Under the pieces are notes generated by a model. The model was not told the DNA's origin, did not search any database, and was given only the letters and a program-made list of their open reading frames with translations. The position numbers and the translations under genes are program-made. From the NCBI RefSeq assembly GCF_032444005.1, contig NC_091290.1, positions 113,584,001 through 113,648,000 on the forward strand: a stretch of DNA of 64,000 bases, given 5' to 3'. This DNA comes from Ranitomeya imitator. Taxonomy: Eukaryota. Below, piece after piece: positions 56,975 to 64,000 of this stretch; the first letter of the stretch is position 1, and every line of letters starts with the position of its first letter.

Positions 56975-57872
56975 GTAAGTTTTCATCCTCTTGTCTTTGG
57001 AAGAGATTCATGAGTCTGGAACTTGTGGCCAATTAACCCTAATAGTAGGAAACTAACAAAATTCTCTGGTAATAGGCAAAATATTGTAGACTTAAAGGGG
57101 TTACCCAGGACTTTATGTATTTAATTGTTAGTTTCATTACTATGGGTCTAGGAAAACCCCTAATTAAAAACATTAGCCTTTATTAATAATTGTAAAGACT
57201 AACAACATAAGACACACATTTTACAATGCTAAAATGCAAAGCTGGTGTAGATACCTACTGGATTCACCCTATTTTATACCCTTTCCTGACCACCTGGCTA
57301 CACAGCGGAGGTTGGCACTCCTGCTCCTCAGCGGCTCTTATTTCCCTAGTGCGCTCTCAACAGCGCTAGCTTGGATATCAATGTGTGGTAGCCACAAATA
57401 AAACATAACACCCTATAAATTGTTACCAGAGCTATGCACCACTAATTCCAAATCCACAAATAAACAAGTGGGAGACAAAGGGGAATAAATAGAAAGGGGA
57501 AGAAGAATCAGTCCAGGTATCAGACCCCACAAAACAGAATGGTATAGCTGGAAAAAAAAAACAAATTACCCTGTTATTGGGAGAATGGTGCCCGTGCTCC
57601 ATGGCGGCTGTCCCTTGGATGCCCTACACTGCCCTTAATAGTGTATGCTGTATGGACACACGGTAAAAGAGGCATGTCATTGATTACAGATACATTCAAA
57701 TACCAGTTTCAGAGTATAGCTAAGGAACAGGAGATCAAAGTATAGAAATTAGATTGGGGAAAAACTTGGTACTTATGCAGACACTTCTAGACTGATCTGC
57801 GTCGAAGTGTTTCACCTATACGGAGGCCTGATAAATTGATACCAAGTCATGATGTCCAGCTTCATGACTTAA

Positions 57873-58571
57873 GGTACCTTCACACATAACGATATCGTTG
57901 CTTTTTGTGATGTAGCAACGATATTGTTAAGGAAATCGTTATGTGTGACAGCGACCAACGATCAGGCCCCTGCTGTGATGTCGTTGGTCGCTGAGGAAAG
58001 TCCAGAACTTTATTTTGTCGCTGGACTTCCCGCTGACATCGCTGGATCGGCGTGTGTGACGCCGATTCAGCGATGTCTTCACTGGTAACCAGGGTAAACA
58101 TCGGGTTACTAAGCGCAGGGCCACGCTTAGTAACGCAATGTTTACCCTGGATACCATGCTAAAAGTAAAAAAAACAAACAAACACTACATACTTACCTTC
58201 AGCTGTCTGTCCCCGGCGCTCTGCTTCCCTGCACTCCTCCTGCATCCTGTGTCGGCGCCGGCCAGCCGGAAAGCACAGCGGTGACGTCACCGCTCTGCTT
58301 TCCGGCTGACCGGCGCTGACAGTGCAGAGGAAAGCAGAGCGCCGGAGGACAGACAGCTGAAGGTAAGTATGTAGTGTTTTTTTTTTTTACTTTTACGATG
58401 GCCCTGCGCTTAGTAACCTGATGTTTACCCTGGTTACAAGGGGACCTCGGGATCGTTGGTCGCTGGAGAGCTGTCTGTGTGACAGCTCTCCAGCGACCAA
58501 ACAGCGACGCTGCAGCGATCGACATCGTTGTCGGTATCGCTGCAGCGTCGCTCAGTGTGAAGGTAGGTACC
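57873..58571. mobile_element. Harbinger-like MITE of the same family type as 49331-50097
   Basis: TAA|GGTACCTTCACAC start; same GGTAACCAGGGTAAACATCGGG hairpin and GCGGTGACGTCACCGC centre. Confidence 0.8.
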
Positions 58572-59228
58572 TTTAGTGTCAGCATTACCAGGCCTCCTGA
58601 TGAGCCGTATTTGAATGTATCTGTAATCGATGACATGCTTTGTCTGCTGACATCTTTTGTTGTGTGTCTACATGGCATACACTGTTTTGCGGAGTCCGAT
58701 ACCTGGACTGATTCTTCTTCCCCTTTCTATTTATTCCTATTTGTCTCCCACTTGTTCTTGTGGATTTGGAATTAGTGGTACATACCTCTGTTTACAACCT
58801 ATATTTTTTTTTTCTGGCGACCACACATTGATATCCAAGTTAGCGCTGTTGAAGGGCGCACTAGGGAAATAAGCGAGAGGAGCGGGGGCTCCATTTTCGC
58901 AATATTGGGGTGGAAACATCCCCTGTTGGCAGGGGCTCAGGAAAGGGTTTAAAATAGGGTGCATCCAATAGTGCCTACACCAGCTTTGCATTTTAGCCTT
59001 AAGTGTGTGTCATTTATGTTGTTAGTCCTGTTAAAAATTATTAATAAATGTTAATTATAGGGGTTTATAAATGTGAGTTACTTCGAGACCTCTTTTTCCC
59101 CTTACCATTTATTCTACGGGCCTAACAGGCATGTAGTTGCTATCTACCTGACTGTTCTACCCAGTGCTGGCACAGAGCGATCACTAACTCCTCATTGTCC
59201 TTCTTCCGTGTAGCTCTGTTGATGGAGC

Positions 59229-59400
59229 GTGACTGCCGACATCATGCTTATTGACAGAGGGTGGCTGCCGACGTCATGCTGATTGACAGAGGGTGACTGC
59301 CGACGTCATGCTGATTGACAGAAGGTGACTGCCGACGTCATGCTGATTGACGCAGCTCTGTTGACGGAGCGTGACTGCTGACTTCATGCTGATTGACAGC
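59229..59400. repeat. 32-bp tandem repeat (GTGACTGCCGACGTCATGCTGATTGACAGAGG), about 5 copies
   Basis: Direct repeats. Confidence 0.8.
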
Positions 59401-60424
59401 TGCCACCCTGCAGTTTATACATTGGGCTGTTGGCTGATGACATCAGCATTGACCCCCCATCAACATAGCACTGCAGAAAAGAAGCTGCTCTGTGGACTGA
59501 CTATAGCGGAGACCCCAGAACCGTCAGGAGGAGCGGTCTGTGCCAGCAAATGTAGCAACTACCTGCCTTGTTAGTTCCTAGGCACATTGTAAAGAGAAAA
59601 AAGTCCCAGAAAAACTCCTGTAAAAAAAAACAGGGAGTCTGGCCAAGAGCCAAATTTTTTTTATTTATTATTTTTTTCCGGCCCCATCCATTATCTTCAT
59701 ACTACAATTTTGGTGAAGAAGTTTGAGAGTTGTAAGTTGTGCACATATTTCCTGTTTGGACCAATCAATTCAGCCCTGAGTATCACTCAGAATTTATTTC
59801 AGAAATTGCTCCAATTTCAGCTGTGAATCTGTTAGGATTAGATCTATTCCTGTTGATCTGATCTGACTAGTCCACTGGCTTTTTTTTTTTTTACATTGGA
59901 ATAAGTAACATTCTATTTATTGTAGATCTCCCTCCTCTCCCCAATTGCAAACTTTTTTTAGATGCATGTGACTAAGGAATTCCAATGTTGGAGCAAAATC
60001 CGTAACATAAATTCTGATGTGTAATGATGCCACCTTTTTTAAATGTGGTCGTTGTTTTTTTATGAAAGGAAGATTAAGAAGCCGGAGTGCAAAGGAGTTA
60101 TCCAATGCCAGTCACTTCTGGTTTTGGAGGTGAGAGGAGCTTGTTGCCAAAAGTTGTCAGGTATCATGAATTCATCCTATTCTAATTAATAGGACATAAG
60201 AAGTGACAAGCAGCTGGCTTGGTGCAAGGCTCTCAATAACCCCTTCACGTTTCCGAAAAGCTATTAGGATTATCAGAGATGGGTTATCAAAGATTATTAG
60301 GTTAATCAGAGATAAAATTATAGGTCTACCATTACAGTGATGCAAACAGCTTTTTATAGAAGCCATTTCACTACTCAAATTCTGAATTGCAATTTTTCAT
60401 AAAATATATAATCTCATTTTTTAG

Positions 60425-60499
60425 CATTAATCCGTACAAGCCAAGCCAGAAAGCCTCATTCTCGGAGCAGTACAGCAGAGACTTGGAGGAGCAGAACAG
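60425..60499 (+). CDS. Unidentified gene, coding exon (INPYKPSQKASFSEQYSRDLEEQN)
   Basis: 75 nt, TTTTTTAG / GTAAGA, phase 2-2. Confidence 0.8.
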
Positions 60500-60678
60500 G
60501 TAAGAGCTTATTCTGTTGGCATCCTCCTACACGGTAAGATGTTGTCTTCCTTTGGGTCCAGCTAGATTTTGCAGCAAATTCATTGATAATATTAATAATA
60601 TTATGCCACTAGATGTGAACGTTTCTGAGTAATGCGTATGTGTACTGTGATATATACGGATGCATTGTGTATTTACAG

Positions 60679-60761
60679 CATTGAGGAACTCTTTGGGAAG
60701 AAGCATAACTTTACTTCTGGAACAGAGGAATATTGCGAGCGGTATCAGTACTCACAAGACA
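60679..60761 (+). CDS. Unidentified gene, coding exon (IEELFGKKHNFTSGTEEYCERYQYSQD)
   Basis: 83 nt, TTTACAG / GTAAGT, phase 2-1. Confidence 0.8.
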
Positions 60762-61224
60762 GTAAGTCGGGGCACTTCTTATTTCTACGGTTAGAGCAGT
60801 TTATGGTGCATTTTATGTTTCGCCGTTGCCTGGAATAGATGATTCACATTAGTGGTTCCTCTGTAACCAATGGCCATTATGCCCCTATAGTGAAACGTCA
60901 CAAAATGTAAATGTGTATACCATAGTTTTCAGACTGTTACACATCCCAGGTTTGAACATCAGAAAATGGTAAAAACATATTTGTCACGGTTTAAAACTTC
61001 TCTGTTGATATAAATGTAAGAAAAGGTCAATTCCACAAGTTTTTTGATTGTTGGGTGGTAAGACTATAGCGTGCACATTATATTACATGCAGCTCTATAG
61101 CATCCACATTATTACCCAACCTTGCTCAGTAGGCAGCACTGCTGTACATACAGATACACACAACGCTAATGCAGGAACAGTGCATGCATACACACCTCTT
61201 CAGTATGTACATATGTACAAACAA

Positions 61225-61712
61225 CTCTGCTGCGCCCACTGTACGCACGCCTCTGCTGCGCCCACTGTACGCACGCCTCTGCTGCGCCCACTGTACGCAC
61301 GCCTCTGCTGCGCCCACTGTACGCACGCCTCTGCTGCGCCCACTGTACGCACGCCTCTGCTGCGCCCACTGTACGCACGCCTCTGCTGCGCCCACTGTAC
61401 GCACGCCTCTGCTGCGCCCACTGTACGCACGCCTCTGCTGCGCCCACTGTACGCACGCCTCTGCTGCGCCCACTGTACGCACGCCTCTGCTGCGCCCACT
61501 GTACGCACGCCTCTGCTGCGCCCACTGTACGCACGCCTCTGCTGCGCCCACTGTACGCACGCCTCTGCTGCGCCCACTGTACGCACGCCTCTGCTGCCGC
61601 CACTGTACGCACGCCTCTGCTGCGGCCACTGTACGCACGCCTCTGCTGTGCTCACTGTACGCACGCCTCTGCTGTGCCCACTGTACGCACGCCTCTGCTG
61701 CGGCCACTGTAT
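61225..61712. repeat. 26-bp minisatellite (CTCTGCTGCGCCCACTGTACGCACGC), about 18 copies, intronic
   Basis: Highly homogeneous tandem copies. Confidence 0.97.
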
Positions 61713-62045
61713 GCGCATATGAACTGAAACAGTTATTTAGCACGAGATGTCAAGTCTTGTTGTTCTCCAACTTTTTCCTCGCTTTTTGATTATTACATTA
61801 TGATGGATCCTCCAGCTAATTAGGGCACTTGATCTTGTATGACGAATATATTTTCAGATTTTATCATGCATCTCCATTCCTTTGCCATGGTTTCCAATTC
61901 TATTCTGAGTCAGGATAGTGGTAAATGACTGCACTGGTTATGAGCTCTACAAGGTCTATCATTATTTGTGGTACTGTATGGGTGCGTGTTCAAACATTGG
62001 CAAAAAATTGCACTAATTCAAACTTTTTTTTTTCTTTTTACATAG

Positions 62046-62172
62046 CCAAGCAGTACAACTCTGACGATCGCAGAGAGAAGCTTTATCTGAAGTTTTATCA
62101 GCAGATACAAGATGAATACCACAAGGAGAGACCTTCAGACTGTGTGATTGTTGCCATCAGCAAGGATCAGAT
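62046..62172 (+). CDS. Unidentified gene, coding exon (KQYNSDDRREKLYLKFYQQIQDEYHKERPSDCVIVAISKDQ); gene continues
   Basis: 127 nt, long polypyrimidine tract ...TTTTTACATAG / GTAAGT, phase 1-2. Confidence 0.82.
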
Positions 62173-63850
62173 GTAAGTGTATAAGACTATAGCATGTACA
62201 TAGGCCAGGCTGCCTCCCAGGGCATGTAATGTCATGGCAGGATGCTTTGCTATGCTATATTAGGTGTGTATTAGAAGATGGATAGTCCTCCTTATGCTGC
62301 TCTCTAAGGTAAGCTTTATATTTTCCATCTGTGCATTAGAGGCTCATTTTCTCTCGTTAAATAAGATACAGTACAACAGTATTAATAGCGATCGAGGTGT
62401 CATTTTTTTATTATTCTTATTACTTTGGCTGTACAGTTAGTTTGCAGTATAAAACCTCAAAGAGAAAGAAGTGGTATACCACAAAGGGATCAACTAACAC
62501 AATACAATAAAAACATTAAAAAAGCCTAAAATAACGGTGGGAAAAATGCCAACAATAAAGGCTTTTTAAATGTCTTTATAATCTTGTGGCTTATTACTGT
62601 TAGGTGATCCCTTTGCGGTATACGTCGTTCTCTTTGCGGTTTGTCTTTATTTGGTGTGCCTACGTTGACCCCCCTAGCCGTTTTTGTTTTTCTTGGTTTG
62701 CAGTCGATTTACAAAAAGTATTAAAACTAGGGATCAAATCCATTACTGGGAAATATTATGCTGCAAAATGTAAGTGTTGCATATAGATGCATCAGTTTAG
62801 GAAAGGGGATTAAAAAAAAATTGTTAGACGTCTATGATCCATTATTTACTCCGTCATATTTGCATCTCGTGGCGTTCAACACATTTCACTTTAAACTTGA
62901 TAAACTGCATGTCCCCCCCCCGATATTGTCCACAACACAGACCTAAAACCGTATAATAAACGGTAACGTGAAAGTGCAGCGTCTCAACAGCAGAAAAATA
63001 GTGGTTAATTATTGCACAAAAAAACACCAAAGCTTTTATTACCAGCGGACTGATATGCATCAAATTGTCACTATCATAACTCATTGTGGGTTGTTTTTTT
63101 TCCCTTTTATATTTGAACTATTTTTCATTTATCTCCCAAGATTCGTTCTATTCGCACTCGATTCCGCATTCTGCTTAAGCAATATAGAAACTGCACACCA
63201 CACAGGGATGTAATCCTTCACACATGAGCGATATTAACATTTGGGCAGGAGAAAGGGCTGGGAAAATGATGAATGAACGTGCTGGGGGTAAGGTGTTATC
63301 TGAGCATGCTCGTGTGCTAACATTGTGTCTTTGGCGTGCTCAAATAATGGAATTGCCTAACAAACAGGCAATCCTTGCATTGTGCTGCAGCTGTCGAATA
63401 ACCATGGGGACTTGAGCATATTCAAGCACGGCGAAGACACTGGTTTAACACCTGAGCATGCTCAGATAACACCTTCTCCCCAGCTATCCCCTTAAGTGGG
63501 GGTCTTTCTGCAGTCATCCTCTACCTATTGACCTGTATGCACTTGCTTTCTGCTTCTAAAGTGACCCAGCTACTGCATGCCCAAATCATTTAATAGTCTG
63601 GGCTTTTGTTTCCAGGAGGAGGCTTTAAAGGAAATCTGTTCTAAATCCGGTTTTTAGGTGAAATGTTCTCGTCTAGACTCGCACTTCCAGTTGTTTTGGG
63701 AAATGTTCATGCACATTAGCAGCAATAGACTGACTCAGACCCCATGTTTTGCGTTAAGGCACCTAATGAGCGTGTGTGAAGGAAAGGGAGCAGGGTCATT
63801 TCTGACATCGCATATTGTGATTAGTGTATCCTGTGTTTTCAGCTAGGTAT

Positions 63851-63898
63851 ACAGTGGCATGTAAAAGTTTGAGCACCCTTGGTCAAAATTACTGTTGT
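63851..63898. mobile_element. Tc1-like left terminus, interrupted
   Basis: TA|CAGTGGCATGTAAAAGTTTGAGCACCC. Confidence 0.55.
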
Positions 63899-63900
63899 GA

Positions 63901-64000
63901 AAAATACTTAGAATTGAGAGTCCTCGGTGGTTGATCCCTTTTAATGGCTAACTGAAAAGATGGTAACAAATTGCAAACTTTCCAGACTACTCAGGTCCCT
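63901..64000 (-). mobile_element. Probable Penelope-like terminus running off the window
   Basis: Minus strand reads AGGGAC CTGAGTA GTCT GGAAAG..., resembling the 3' half of a hammerhead-type core; related to 56551-56690. Confidence 0.45.

Noticed and set aside
61048-61789. Cys/His-rich ORFs resembling zinc fingers (CCAHCTH)
   Set aside because: Three-frame readout of a 26-bp repeat.
45610-62172. Naming the unidentified gene after human 16q12 neighbours (ZNF423, ADCY7, CYLD, BRD7) or TIPRL neighbours (ADCY10)
   Set aside because: The peptide does not resemble the N-termini I recall for these proteins; symbol left empty.

Overview
Repeat-dense vertebrate genomic DNA. The repeat families and gene sequences point to an anuran amphibian (inference). 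Four host genes can be built from splice signals and reading-frame continuity: (1) HEATR3 coding exon 1 (minus, 556-681); (2) a complete six-exon CNEP1R1 (minus, 17512-22839, 125 aa); (3) an intronless TIPRL ORF (plus, 26387-27211), head-to-head with CNEP1R1 across a CCAAT/CRE-rich promoter and probably a retrogene with a spliced 5' leader; (4) a multi-exon protein-coding gene I cannot identify (plus; non-coding exon 1 ending 35994, five phase-consistent coding exons 45610-62172, continuing past the window). Much of the rest is mobile DNA: an intact chromodomain Ty3/Gypsy element with near-identical LTRs, a decayed Gmr1-type Gypsy with a SCAN-like gag, a structurally complete but frameshifted DIRS1-type element, several Tc1 copies, hAT, Harbinger-like and Kolobok-like MITEs, Helitron-like non-autonomous elements, solo LTRs, an L2 fragment and Penelope-like inserts, one carrying an inverted pair of minimal hammerhead-ribozyme motifs. 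Eight tandem-repeat arrays are listed, plus one inside a Tc2-like element; three appear to have expanded inside mobile elements. There is one assembly gap (37945-38103). No rRNA, tRNA or CRISPR array was seen. All identifications come from reading the sequence and recalled family features; no searches were run.
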